Origin: Candidatus Rifleibacteriota bacterium
GTDB taxonomy: Bacteria; Muiribacteriota; Ozemobacteria; Ozemobacterales; Ozemobacteraceae
Length of the DNA: 64,000 nt
Direction: 5' to 3'
Assembly: GCA_015232575.1 (NCBI GenBank)
Contig: JADFZL010000017.1
Location: 15,689-79,688, forward strand
Below are positions 36,510 through 45,900 of this stretch, piece after piece. The translations under genes were made by a program, and so were the position numbers. Under the pieces are notes generated by a model. That model was not told where the DNA came from. It did no database searches and saw nothing but the letters and a program-made list of their open reading frames with translations. Each line of letters begins with the position of its first letter. Positions within the stretch are counted from its first letter, which is position 1.

Positions 36510-37070
36510 ATGAAGAACACAATAAAAAATTATTTTTATTATTCAGTAGCAATGATTTTTTGTTTCATATCAATGTCAGAGGCAAATGTGTCTGTTGTAG
36601 AAGACTTTATTTCTCTCAGTCGTGTATATGAAAGTGCCTCATTTGACCACTCTTTAAACAATGTTAAAGTGGAAAAGGAATTGCTTGATAAGGAAAATAA
36701 ATGTTCAGAAATGCTTCTTGCATCAGCAGACAACATTGCCCTGCTGTTTCAAAAAACAGCATACATTGAGAAGAGCCTTTTGAATAGACTTGCACAGAGA
36801 ATAACTTTTAAAATAACCCTCGAAGGACGTTCTGATTTGATGGCGTCCCTGACACTCACAAGGGAACGCTTGTCCAACTATCGTCCAGATGTGAGAACCA
36901 AAAAGAAAATTGCGAACATTGGTGGCAGACAGGTCGATTTATACGATGGAGAATGGAATACCGCTCCTGATGGTCGACAATACTGGGTCAGCAATGAATA
37001 TAGTGATATTATCCTCAGTGCCGCGGAATACAGGCGTTATGCTGCAACTGCGGTCGTAGTTGATGATTGA
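36510..37070 (+). CDS. Hypothetical exported or membrane-anchored protein
   Basis: 186 aa. GGAGG RBS. N-terminal hydrophobic segment (YYSVAMIFCFISMSEA). Followed by a clean intrinsic terminator. No family recognised. Confidence 0.5.
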   Translation: MKNTIKNYFYYSVAMIFCFISMSEANVSVVEDFISLSRVYESASFDHSLNNVKVEKELLDKENKCSEMLLASADNIALLFQKTAYIEKSLLNRLAQRITFKITLEGRSDLMASLTLTRERLSNYRPDVRTKKKIANIGGRQVDLYDGEWNTAPDGRQYWVSNEYSDIILSAAEYRRYAATAVVVDD

Positions 37071-37101
37071 TTTTAATCCTCCCAAAATAATTTCTCTCCC
37101 T

Positions 37102-37129
37102 GGAGAGCCTTAACGGGCTCTCCTTTTTT
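37102..37129 (+). terminator. Rho-independent terminator
   Basis: GGAGAGCC (37102-37109) and GGCTCTCC (37116-37123) form a stem, followed by TTTTTT (37124-37129). Confidence 0.75.
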
Positions 37130-37147
37130 ATTCCGGAATTTTCACAA

Positions 37148-38797
37148 CTACGCTTTAACAGATCGTTCAACCTCATCTTGTGTTGTGAGACCGCTCTTGA
37201 TTTTCTGAATGCCATCCTGCAAAAGAGATCTCATTCCCTTTTTTTCAGCCTTATTTCTTATTAAATCAAGTGGTGTGCGGCTCGAAATCATGGATGCTAT
37301 TTCATCATCTACTGACAAAAGCTCAAACAGCCCGACTCTGCCTTTGAAGCCAGTCTTGGAACATTCTTCACATCCAGTCTGAATGTAAGTTGAATCAGGC
37401 AGTTTCTTTCTGCATTTCAGACAAAGCCTTCTTACCAGACGCTGAGCAAGCGCGCCGATAAGAGTTGATGCCACCAGATACGGTTCAACTTTCATGTCAA
37501 TAAGTCTTATACCGGCGCTTACAGAATCGTTTGTATGAAGAGTTGAAAAAACCATGTGTCCGGTTAATCCCGCCTGAATAGCCATTGCTGCAGTTTCTTC
37601 GTCTCTTATTTCACCAACCATTATTATATCCGGGTCCTGACGCAGAATTGATCGCAAACCAGCCGCAAATGTAAGTCCTATTTTGGGCTTAACCGGAATC
37701 TGATTTGCACCCTTCAGCTCGTATTCAACAGGGTCTTCGAGCGTTATGATATTTGAGTCCGGGCTCATTATTCGCATTATTGCGCCATACAGAGTAGTCG
37801 TTTTTCCTGAACCGGTCGGACCTGTAACAAGAAGAATTCCGTTTGGACGACGTATCAGAGCGTCAAAAACTACAAGCGTGTCTTCCTGCATTCCCATCAT
37901 TTCAAGCGTCAACAGCTCGCTTTTTCGGTCAAGAAGCCTCAGAACTACCCGTTCACCGTAAACAGATGGAATACTGCTTACTCTTATGTCTACTTCTCTT
38001 TCGCCGAATCGCACTCTGACTTTGCCATCCTGCGGAAGCCGTCTTTCAGCAATGTCAAGCCCAGCCATTATTTTTATTCTCGAAGCAATTGGTGCATTCA
38101 AATTTCTTGGCGGAGAAAACCTCTCGAAAAGTATTCCATCTATTCGATATCTGATTCTGAATTTATCAGGAGAAGGCTCAAGGTGAATATCAGAAGCACG
38201 CTCTCTAAGCGCCTGGAAAATCATTGTGTTGACAAATTTAATTACCGGAGCTTTATTCGCCGAAGCAAGAACGTCTTCAATCTGAAGATTTTCAAGTTCT
38301 TCATTCAATCCGCTTTCAATTGTAAGATCTTCAATTATTTCCGTGCTGCCTCTGCCTCGTCCATACAATTCATTCAAAGCAGAAATTATCGTTGACGGCG
38401 GAGTCAGAATGACTCTTAGCGGAAGCTTGAACAACATGTATACTTCGTTCAGAACAGAATGATTCTGCGGCTCTGATGTATAAACAGTTATCTTACCACT
38501 TTCTTTTTTACAGGGAAAAAAACGGTGTTTTCGCAAATGCTCCAGTGGAAATCTTTCAAGGACCTTCTGATCAAGATTATCGTGCGGAATAATAGCGGAA
38601 AATTCAAGTTTCCATTGAATTGCAAGGGATTCAAACAGAGCTTCTTCGCTGATAATGCCATCTTCTAAAAGAATTTCACCGATCTTTCTTCCCTTCAAAG
38701 TCTCAAGAGACTGTTTTTCAAGGGCGCCTTCAAGCAGAGACTGAATAATCAATCCCCGCTCTAGAAGAATCTGGCCAATTTTAACACGCTCAGCCAT
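37148..38797 (-). CDS. gspE: GspE/PilB-family secretion ATPase
   Basis: 549 aa. N-terminal T2SSE_N-like repeats (IGQILLERGLI.., IGEILLEDGII..). Walker A GPTGSGKTTTLY, Walker B IMVGEIRD, His box GHMVFSTLHTND. CxxC...CxxC zinc motif (CLKCRKK..CEECSKTG). Confidence 0.9.
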   Translation of the reverse strand: MAERVKIGQILLERGLIIQSLLEGALEKQSLETLKGRKIGEILLEDGIISEEALFESLAIQWKLEFSAIIPHDNLDQKVLERFPLEHLRKHRFFPCKKESGKITVYTSEPQNHSVLNEVYMLFKLPLRVILTPPSTIISALNELYGRGRGSTEIIEDLTIESGLNEELENLQIEDVLASANKAPVIKFVNTMIFQALRERASDIHLEPSPDKFRIRYRIDGILFERFSPPRNLNAPIASRIKIMAGLDIAERRLPQDGKVRVRFGEREVDIRVSSIPSVYGERVVLRLLDRKSELLTLEMMGMQEDTLVVFDALIRRPNGILLVTGPTGSGKTTTLYGAIMRIMSPDSNIITLEDPVEYELKGANQIPVKPKIGLTFAAGLRSILRQDPDIIMVGEIRDEETAAMAIQAGLTGHMVFSTLHTNDSVSAGIRLIDMKVEPYLVASTLIGALAQRLVRRLCLKCRKKLPDSTYIQTGCEECSKTGFKGRVGLFELLSVDDEIASMISSRTPLDLIRNKAEKKGMRSLLQDGIQKIKSGLTTQDEVERSVKA

Positions 38798-41385
38798 CAG
38801 ATTTCTGCTTCATCATCCGGGTCAATTCCTTCTTCTGGGTCTTCAAAGAAGTCTTTAGAAATTTCAGATTTATCTGATTCTTTGGAATCATAAGATTTTC
38901 CGATGTCTTTTTCAGTGTCTTTTTCAAAATCTTTCTCTGAATCTTTTTCTGATTTATTTTCGATTATATCAGAATTGCTGTTTTGTAATGATACAATTTT
39001 ATCTTTCAGTTCTGATCTGTTTTTAAAGATATTTCTGGTGCGATTTTTCAAGTTCTCATAGCGATTTTTCATCTGTTCATCAACTGAAATCTGCTTGTCA
39101 ACAGACGAGATTTTCTTATCAACAGATACCGTCTTATTATTTTCGTTTTCTCTGGAAATGGCTTTTTCGCCCGTAATGTTTTCAGAGTTTTTAACTTTAT
39201 CAGATTTCCGGTTTTTTCTTTTTGGCTTTTCAGAAGTCTGGCTTCTGCTGTATTCCGAGGAATCAAATTTTGCTACTTCATCAGGAGTTGATAGAATATG
39301 AGGAGTCAAAAACACAAGAAGATTCGTTTTTTGAATAGCTCTTCTCCTGTTTTTAAAGGCTTCTCCTATAATCGGAATATTCGCAAAGAATGGTACTTTG
39401 TCTACGACAACAGACTTGTCTTCCCTAACCAGTCCGCCGATTACGATTGTACGATGATTTGGAACAGTTACACTGGTAGTCATTTTTCGTTTTGTCAGTA
39501 CCGGAACATTAAACTGGTAAAGGTTTTCTTCCTGCCGTTTTTTAATTTCCTGATCAATTTTCATGCTCACAACAGCTCCAGAATTGACTCTTGGAGTGAT
39601 CGCCAGATTTATTCCGACGTCTTCATATTTAAAGTTTGTAAGATCGAAACGGCCAGAATCGCGGTCTTTTGTGAATCCCTGAGGCAACGCAACTACTTCG
39701 CCCACCATAATTTTTGCTTCCTCATTATCTGTAGTTAAAATTGTAGGCGCTGAAAGTATGTTGAAATTTGCATTGTTCTGATAAAGACCTACCAGGGCTT
39801 TAATTTTGGAATATTCGGTAAAATCGCCATCTTTAATCTTCTGAACATCCATAGCATCTTCAACTAATCCAACCTGAAAACCCTGTCCGGTAAGCGCTTC
39901 GCTTCTCATTCCGTAGTTTGTACCGCCAAAAGCGTGAAGCCCTGTTTTTTCCGGATTAATTATTCCCCATTCAATGCCGAGGCTTTTAGAAATATTTCCG
40001 CTGACTTCAGCAATCAGAGCTTCAACCATGATCTGCGGACGCATTACGTCAAGCGACTTAATTATCGGTTGATACTGAGCGAAAAGCTGATGTGAACTGG
40101 TTATCAGAATCGCATTATTCTCAGGAACTGCAACAAAATTAATGTTTTCAGGCTTTTGAGTTGTTTTTGTTTTTGATTTGGTTTGTGCAAGATTTGTCAG
40201 AATCTCTGCCATAGTTTTGGCATCAGAATGCGCAAGTCTAACAACTTTTACACCACTGTTTTCCCTTGGAGGTCTGCAATCGAGGTCTTTCAATATTTTT
40301 TCAATTTTTTCAAGAACTTCCAGTGATCTTGTAATGGCTATAATAGATTTGGTGCGCTTTACCGGAAGCAAACGAGTAGTTTCCATAGCCTGAGTTTCAC
40401 TTGCAACAGGCCCACCGCCGTCTTTGCCAGTTTTCCGACCCAGCCCGAGAATATCCTGAATCAGCTTGATTGTTTCGCCTTCATCGGCGTATTTCAATGT
40501 GAAAATTTTGGACATCTCAGGTCTTTTATCATTCGATTCAGTATCAAGTTTTTTTATCAAATCCCTTATGAAAGGGAAGTTTTCTTTTGCGCTGACTATC
40601 ATGAGAGCATTTGTCCGCTGATCAGGAAACACCATCAATCCGCCTTTGAGATCTCCCTTGCCAAGACCGCCGACGTTCAGAAGAGAATCAATCTGTCCTT
40701 TCAGATAAGATACATTGGAAAACTCAACTGGAATTATTTCCAACCCGGCTCTGACACGGCCTTTTTCAAGTTCTTTCATAACTTCGACAGCTCTTTTAAT
40801 ATTAATTGAGCGCCCTGTAACAATCAATGTGTTAGATGGAAGAAAGGTCATGATTGAACAATCCGGCGGAAGAAGCGGCGTCAAAAGCTGCTTTGCTTCT
40901 TCTGCAGCAATTTTTGCAAGCGGAATTATTTGTGTTACAAGTGTATCGTCTTCAGAAAGATTAGACAGTTGTTTTCCTGTTCTGGTAACAGTTCCCGCAA
41001 CTTTTGCCTGTGCCAGCGGAACTATTTTAAACATTTTTCCTGATGGAATAGCTGCAAATCCTTTCACCTGAAGAATCGATTCAAGTGTTGCCAGTGCCTC
41101 ACTTTTTGAAAGTCTTACCGGTGAAATAATCGTAATATTTCCAGTCAGACCCTGATCAACAATGAAGCCTCTGTCTGTCTCCTGGCTCAGATATCTCAGA
41201 AGGCTCATCAGATCGACTCCTTCAAAGTTAATTGCTATGGAATCATCTGCAGCTCCTTTTGCTTCTTTAGCGGAGCTTTGAATAATTGTTGCGCTTGCAA
41301 TTGGAATTTTACCCGGACTTGCAGAATAAGCTGTCTGACAGGTAAAAAGAGTGAGAAAGATTATTCCGGCAATAGTTCTTTTCAT
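38797..41385 (-). CDS. gspD: Secretin (GspD/PilQ family) with a ~190-aa charged low-complexity C-terminal tail
   Basis: 862 aa. Signal peptide. N0-like INFEGVDLMSLLRYLSQETDRGFIV. Repeated N-domains. Secretin core (..VPVLTKRKMTTSVTVPNHRTIVIGGL..PFFANIPIIGEAFK..LLVFLTPHIL). K/E/S/D/N-rich tail (SEKDSEKDFEKDTEKD..). The stop overlaps the ATPase start. Confidence 0.85.
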   Translation of the reverse strand: MKRTIAGIIFLTLFTCQTAYSASPGKIPIASATIIQSSAKEAKGAADDSIAINFEGVDLMSLLRYLSQETDRGFIVDQGLTGNITIISPVRLSKSEALATLESILQVKGFAAIPSGKMFKIVPLAQAKVAGTVTRTGKQLSNLSEDDTLVTQIIPLAKIAAEEAKQLLTPLLPPDCSIMTFLPSNTLIVTGRSINIKRAVEVMKELEKGRVRAGLEIIPVEFSNVSYLKGQIDSLLNVGGLGKGDLKGGLMVFPDQRTNALMIVSAKENFPFIRDLIKKLDTESNDKRPEMSKIFTLKYADEGETIKLIQDILGLGRKTGKDGGGPVASETQAMETTRLLPVKRTKSIIAITRSLEVLEKIEKILKDLDCRPPRENSGVKVVRLAHSDAKTMAEILTNLAQTKSKTKTTQKPENINFVAVPENNAILITSSHQLFAQYQPIIKSLDVMRPQIMVEALIAEVSGNISKSLGIEWGIINPEKTGLHAFGGTNYGMRSEALTGQGFQVGLVEDAMDVQKIKDGDFTEYSKIKALVGLYQNNANFNILSAPTILTTDNEEAKIMVGEVVALPQGFTKDRDSGRFDLTNFKYEDVGINLAITPRVNSGAVVSMKIDQEIKKRQEENLYQFNVPVLTKRKMTTSVTVPNHRTIVIGGLVREDKSVVVDKVPFFANIPIIGEAFKNRRRAIQKTNLLVFLTPHILSTPDEVAKFDSSEYSRSQTSEKPKRKNRKSDKVKNSENITGEKAISRENENNKTVSVDKKISSVDKQISVDEQMKNRYENLKNRTRNIFKNRSELKDKIVSLQNSNSDIIENKSEKDSEKDFEKDTEKDIGKSYDSKESDKSEISKDFFEDPEEGIDPDDEAEI

Positions 41386-41613
41386 GAGAATTATCCTTTT
41401 TCCATTTTTCCACTATATCGGCAGGTTTCTAAAAATATGATCTAATTTTCAGACCAAACATTTACATTTTCCATTATTAGTCTCCCACAGAACCATTTTT
41501 TTCAACCTTGCACAAATTGAATAAAATGTGTTATTACTTAATTGGTTAAAAAAAATATAAATTATACTGATTATGGGTTATCCGGCGAATATTGTTTGCC
41601 GATATGAGGTGTT

Positions 41614-42630
41614 ATGGAAAGAAAAAATATGAATATATTAATCTGTTTGTTGTTTCTCGCGCTGTTTGACCTGTTTGGCAATGCCGCGTCCCTGCTTGGA
41701 GCTCAGACTTTTAATCAGCCTGCATCCATGGCTGTTTCGCTGAGTGAAGAAAATATACCTTTGACTGAATCAGGGCTTCCAGCAATTGATGAGGCTATGT
41801 TTTTTAACCGTAAGCTTATTAACCAGACCTTTGTAAAGCAACGGAAAATAATTCTGACTTTTGATGACGGTCCACATCCGATTAATACGCCCTACATCCT
41901 GGACGTCCTCAAAAAGCTGAACGCAAAAGCAATTTTCTTTGTGGTTGGCGTTAACGTAAGAAAGTATCCTGGAATAGTGAAAAGGATTGCAGATGAAGGA
42001 CATACACTAGGAAATCACACATATTATCATCTCAATCTTCGACATCATTCTCTTGAGCGCATTCTGAGTGAGATAAACAGTACTAATCAGCTCGTTCAAT
42101 CAATTACGGGAGTAAAACCGACGCTTTTCAGACCTCCTTACGGTGCCATTAATCAGAAAATTCTTGAAGTAATTAAAGCCGAAGGAATGAGCGTAATGCT
42201 CTGGAGCGTCGATCCGGGTGACTGGCGGAACAGAAATATAACCAAAACCATGGCAAACCTTAAACGCCAGCTTGCAATGAACAATGGTGGCTCAGGAAAA
42301 GGCGGCATCGTTCTTCTTCATGATACACTGACATCTTCTGCTCACGCCCTTGAACCGTTTCTGCGTGCTCTTATCGAAATTGGCCAGACACCAGACAACT
42401 TTGCATTCGCAGATGGAAGACGTGGAAAGTCATACTGGAAAACAACACCACCTTCGATTGCTTACTGGCAGGAGCTTGAGCCAGTTTACAACGTTCGCGG
42501 TCTCGGAATACCTCTTCTGACTATTATGCTCGAAAGACCAGCCCCAGCCCCTTATTCTCCGCTCGCAATGCTTAAAGCAAAAAAGTCACGTGATTATTTC
42601 AGAAACATGATCTGCCAGAGTTTCAGATAA
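41614..42630 (+). CDS. Polysaccharide deacetylase (NodB homology domain), exported
   Basis: 338 aa. Signal-like N-terminus. LTFDDGPHP, GNHTYYH, LFRPPYG, LLHD. Confidence 0.85.
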   Translation: MERKNMNILICLLFLALFDLFGNAASLLGAQTFNQPASMAVSLSEENIPLTESGLPAIDEAMFFNRKLINQTFVKQRKIILTFDDGPHPINTPYILDVLKKLNAKAIFFVVGVNVRKYPGIVKRIADEGHTLGNHTYYHLNLRHHSLERILSEINSTNQLVQSITGVKPTLFRPPYGAINQKILEVIKAEGMSVMLWSVDPGDWRNRNITKTMANLKRQLAMNNGGSGKGGIVLLHDTLTSSAHALEPFLRALIEIGQTPDNFAFADGRRGKSYWKTTPPSIAYWQELEPVYNVRGLGIPLLTIMLERPAPAPYSPLAMLKAKKSRDYFRNMICQSFR

Positions 42631-42677
42631 AATAAACACCAGCAGTACAGATAAATACAACAACAAAAATAGGTGTT

Positions 42678-42774
42678 TGCTCAATAATCAGGGGTATTTC
42701 GTTCACTTGTCATCTCGAACGAATGTGAGAGATCTCGCAATTGTGGGATTTTGAATGCCACTAATTATTGAGCA
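42678..42774. mobile_element. MITE-like element: 11-bp perfect terminal inverted repeats enclosing a solo family-1 arm
   Basis: TGCTCAATAAT (42678-42688) and ATTATTGAGCA (42764-42774) are perfect reverse complements. The internal arm is GTCATCTCGAACGAATGTGAGAGATCTC (42709-42736). No coding capacity. Confidence 0.45.
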
Positions 42775-42784
42775 GATAAAAAAA

Positions 42785-42819
42785 CAGCCCCCGAAGTTGA
42801 TTTCGGGGGCTGTTTTTTT
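42785..42819. terminator. Bidirectional rho-independent terminator (htpX and deacetylase convergent)
   Basis: CAGCCCCCGAA / TTCGGGGGCTG stem, flanked by an A-run upstream and a T-run (42813-42819) downstream. It abuts the htpX stop at 42818. Confidence 0.8.
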
Positions 42820-43681
42820 ATCTTCCCCGGGCCATTTCTTCAAGGAGTCTTACTCGCTCTTCCATTGCCGGATGAGTTGAAAATAGAGACATCAGACCGC
42901 CTCCTGTCAATGGATTAACAATGAACATGTGCGCGGTTGCTGCGTTTGCATCTCTCATTGGAATACTTCTGTTTCCCATTTCAAGTTTTCTGAGCGCATT
43001 TGCAAGAAAAAGTGGATTTCCGCAGATAGATGCGCCGTCACGATCTGCATCATATTCCCTTGATCTTGAGATAGCCATTTGAATGAGCATGGCAGCTAAC
43101 GGAGCAACAAAAATAAGAACAATGTTACCAACAAGTGAAGACATGCCGTCTGATTCATCGTCATTATCTCTTCTTCCAAAACCAAACATATAGGCATACT
43201 GCGCCATGTGTGCCAGATAGGTTAAAGCACCTGCGATTGTTGCAGCAATAGTACTGATAAGAATATCACGATTCTTAACATGAGCCAGTTCGTGTGCCAT
43301 AACTCCGGCAAGTTCTTCACGTGAAAGCATTCTGAGAATTCCGGTAGTTGCGGCTACTGCTGCATGGCTCGGGTTTCGCCCAGTTGCAAATGCATTAGGC
43401 GTTTCGGAATTAATTACATATACCTTCGGCATCGGCAATCCGGCACGTTCTGAAAGCTGTCTCACTATCGCATGCAGATCTGGTGCCGTTTCAGGCCCAA
43501 TTTCCCTGGCTCCGTACATCGCCAGTACAATACTGTCAGAAAACCAGTATGACCCGAAATTCATTACTGCCGCAATAATCAACGCAGTTAACATTCCGTT
43601 TGAACCGCCAAGCATCTGCCCTGCAAACATGAGCAGTCCAGTCAGCAAACCAAGTAACAAAGTCGTTTTAATCATATTCAT
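42818..43681 (-). CDS. htpX: Membrane zinc metalloprotease HtpX (M48)
   Basis: 287 aa. [10 protein letters not shown] (HExxH). Four hydrophobic segments. Typical HtpX N-terminus [13 protein letters not shown]. Confidence 0.9.
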   Translation of the reverse strand: MNMIKTTLLLGLLTGLLMFAGQMLGGSNGMLTALIIAAVMNFGSYWFSDSIVLAMYGAREIGPETAPDLHAIVRQLSERAGLPMPKVYVINSETPNAFATGRNPSHAAVAATTGILRMLSREELAGVMAHELAHVKNRDILISTIAATIAGALTYLAHMAQYAYMFGFGRRDNDDESDGMSSLVGNIVLIFVAPLAAMLIQMAISRSREYDADRDGASICGNPLFLANALRKLEMGNRSIPMRDANAATAHMFIVNPLTGGGLMSLFSTHPAMEERVRLLEEMARGR

Positions 43682-43718
43682 AAGATATTTCTCCTGAAAA
43701 AATCATACTCATCCATTT

Positions 43719-43946
43719 TCATATACCACCGATAAGCGCCCAAAGTCCTATTAAAGCGATAACAAGCCCAAGTATGCCATAAAAAATTCTTGCTCCGTTT
43801 CTTCCGAACAACCAGACAATTGATCTTGCTTTTCGGGCTTCCATGAACCAATCCCAGTTATAAATGCCACCCGCAATCGAAAAAGAACCTGCCAGAATTA
43901 GCCCGACTGCTTTTAAAGTGTTTGTACTCATAATTTTATGCTCCAA
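43719..43946 (-). CDS. Small two-TM membrane protein, unknown function
   Basis: 75 aa with two hydrophobic helices (AVGLILAGSFSIAGGI; ILGLVIALIGLWALIGGI). No family recognised. Confidence 0.4.
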   Translation of the reverse strand: MEHKIMSTNTLKAVGLILAGSFSIAGGIYNWDWFMEARKARSIVWLFGRNGARIFYGILGLVIALIGLWALIGGI

Positions 43947-44035
43947 CAGTTATTGACAATCATTTCTTACAAAAGTTCCAACGAATAATCTTCAAAGAAA
44001 ACGACACGATTTACAAAAGCCTTATGGATGAGGTT

Positions 44036-44458
44036 TTATTTCCCGGTATTTAATCTTTTTGGAAATACCGTTTGATTTTTGTTCTTTTTGATGTTGATTT
44101 CGCCAATAAGCATTTGGGCTGGGATTCCAGCTTTGGCGAATTTACGGATCATTTCTATTGACAGAGGTCTTTTTCTATTAAGAATTTCAGCTACACGGCC
44201 ACGATGACCAACCAGTGGTTCCAGGTCTTTGCGTGTTAAATTCTTTTGCTCCATCCAGAATTTTATGACATCTATTGGATCGTAGTTTGCGTCAACAGAA
44301 AAACTTCTCTTTTCATAGTTTTCAAGAATGAGAGATAACAACTCGAACTCTTCTCCATCTGGAGTTCCAGGAATTGCTTTATCCCAGAGGGTTTCGATTT
44401 TTTTCAAAACTTCTGAATATTCATTTTCATTCTGAATCAGTTTTATTGGGTTTAACAT
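44036..44458 (-). CDS. higA: HigA-type antitoxin (HTH, XRE-like)
   Basis: 140 aa immediately downstream of higB. C-terminal HTH region (KNLTRKDLEPLVGHRGRVAEILNRKRPLSIEMIRKF). N-terminal helical domain as in COG5499-type antitoxins. Confidence 0.7.
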   Translation of the reverse strand: MLNPIKLIQNENEYSEVLKKIETLWDKAIPGTPDGEEFELLSLILENYEKRSFSVDANYDPIDVIKFWMEQKNLTRKDLEPLVGHRGRVAEILNRKRPLSIEMIRKFAKAGIPAQMLIGEINIKKNKNQTVFPKRLNTGK

Positions 44459-44477
44459 AATACCACCCCCTTTTCAA

Positions 44478-44771
44478 TTAGACTGTTTTTGCATCTATCT
44501 GATCGTATTCGTTATGTGTACCAATGAATCTGATATATACAATTCTGTAAGAATATTTTATCCTGCAAACAATTCGATAATTGTTTCCGCCGATATTAAA
44601 AACAACTCTGTCGCCAGGAAGGAAATCAGCTGTGTTAAAGCACGATTTGATTTTTGCAGGAGAATCCCAATCTGCGTTTTCAACGAAATCTAGCCAGATT
44701 TTTAAAGGCTGTTTTACCTTTGAATGATTAACTGCAAAATCTTTTAGTGTTTTTACGGAGATAATCCGCAT
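44478..44771 (-). CDS. higB: HigB-type toxin (RelE-superfamily mRNA interferase)
   Basis: MRIISVKTLKDFAVNHS..PLKIWLDFVENADW..DRVVFNIGGNNYRIVCRIKY..VYIRFIGTHNEYD is the HigB_toxin pattern. I use the ATG at 44771 rather than the ORF-track start 44810. Confidence 0.8.
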   Translation of the reverse strand: MRIISVKTLKDFAVNHSKVKQPLKIWLDFVENADWDSPAKIKSCFNTADFLPGDRVVFNIGGNNYRIVCRIKYSYRIVYIRFIGTHNEYDQIDAKTV

Positions 44772-44953
44772 GAATAACCCCACAAATAGTCTATAATTAA
44801 AGTATATCATGTTCCCTGTTTGGGATCAAGCTATTTTAAACAAGTGTCCTCAGGATTGCGAATTGAACTGTTGCAACTAAGTATTTAATTCTGATATCAT
44901 TCACAGGTATTTTCATAATTGCTTTAAACTTTAATGGGAAAAGAAGGAAATAC

Positions 44954-45862
44954 ATGGCAAAGAATCTGAATAAGATCGTCGCTGAGATTTTTTCGAATTT
45001 TAAAGACAACTTAAGTGATGTGCAGCATTTTGACGAAAGTCCGCTGCCAGACAAAAGGGAAGTGTACAAGGTTATCGGTGAAATGATGTCGATGCTGTTT
45101 CCCGGTTATTTCTGGGATACAGGGCTTTCATTTGACACCATTGAACTGCAGATGAGCCACAAAATTGCCTCTGTATATGATACTCTGAAAAATCAGGTTT
45201 ATCGGGAAATTAAGCATTCGTGCAAGTTTGACAACAAGAACTGCAAAAATTGCATAGATTACTCAGAAACACTCGCTGAATTATTTCTTGGAAAATTTGC
45301 GCAGATAAGGCAATCACTTGACCTGGACGTTAAAGCCGCGTACAAGAATGACCCAGCCGCCTCTGGATTTGATGAAATAATTTTCAGCTATCCGGGGCTG
45401 GAAGCCGTTGCTGTGTACCGTATGGCTCATATTCTTTTTAAAAACGGTTTACTTCTGATTCCAAGGATTATGAGTGAGTGGGCGCATTCCAGAACTGGTG
45501 TCGATATTCATCCGGGAGCTGAAATTGGAAAATCTTTCTTTATCGATCATGGAACAGGTGTCGTTATTGGTGAAACTACCGAAATAGGCAATAACGTTAC
45601 ACTTTATCAAGGCGTAACGCTCGGTGCGCTGAATTTTCCCAGAGATTCGTCCGGAAATTTAATCAGAGGAAGAAAGAGACATCCGACAATTGAAGATGAA
45701 GTGGTAATCTATTCCGGAGCAACAATTCTCGGCGGAGAAACAGTAATCGGCAAGGGTTCAGTCATAGGCGGCAACGTCTGGCTTACAGAATCCGTTCCAC
45801 CAAATTCAAGAGTACTTGTTGCAAAGTCCGATCTGAAAATCATCCAGAAAAAAACAGCTTAG
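44954..45862 (+). CDS. cysE: Serine O-acetyltransferase-like hexapeptide acyltransferase (long form)
   Basis: 302 aa. DPAA..EIIFSYPG..YRMAH SAT N-domain. Left-handed beta-helix repeats DIHPGAEIGKSFFIDHGTGVVIGETTEIGNNVTLYQGVTLG. Confidence 0.75.
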   Translation: MAKNLNKIVAEIFSNFKDNLSDVQHFDESPLPDKREVYKVIGEMMSMLFPGYFWDTGLSFDTIELQMSHKIASVYDTLKNQVYREIKHSCKFDNKNCKNCIDYSETLAELFLGKFAQIRQSLDLDVKAAYKNDPAASGFDEIIFSYPGLEAVAVYRMAHILFKNGLLLIPRIMSEWAHSRTGVDIHPGAEIGKSFFIDHGTGVVIGETTEIGNNVTLYQGVTLGALNFPRDSSGNLIRGRKRHPTIEDEVVIYSGATILGGETVIGKGSVIGGNVWLTESVPPNSRVLVAKSDLKIIQKKTA

Positions 45863-45900
45863 CACACAAACGTGCCCTCTCTAAAAAAGGAGCAAGATAC

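Noticed and set aside
44036-44771. HigB-HigA pair as part of a larger defence island
   Set aside because: It is a standard two-gene type II toxin-antitoxin module flanked by housekeeping genes (htpX, cysE-like). Nothing in the sequence links it to neighbouring genes.
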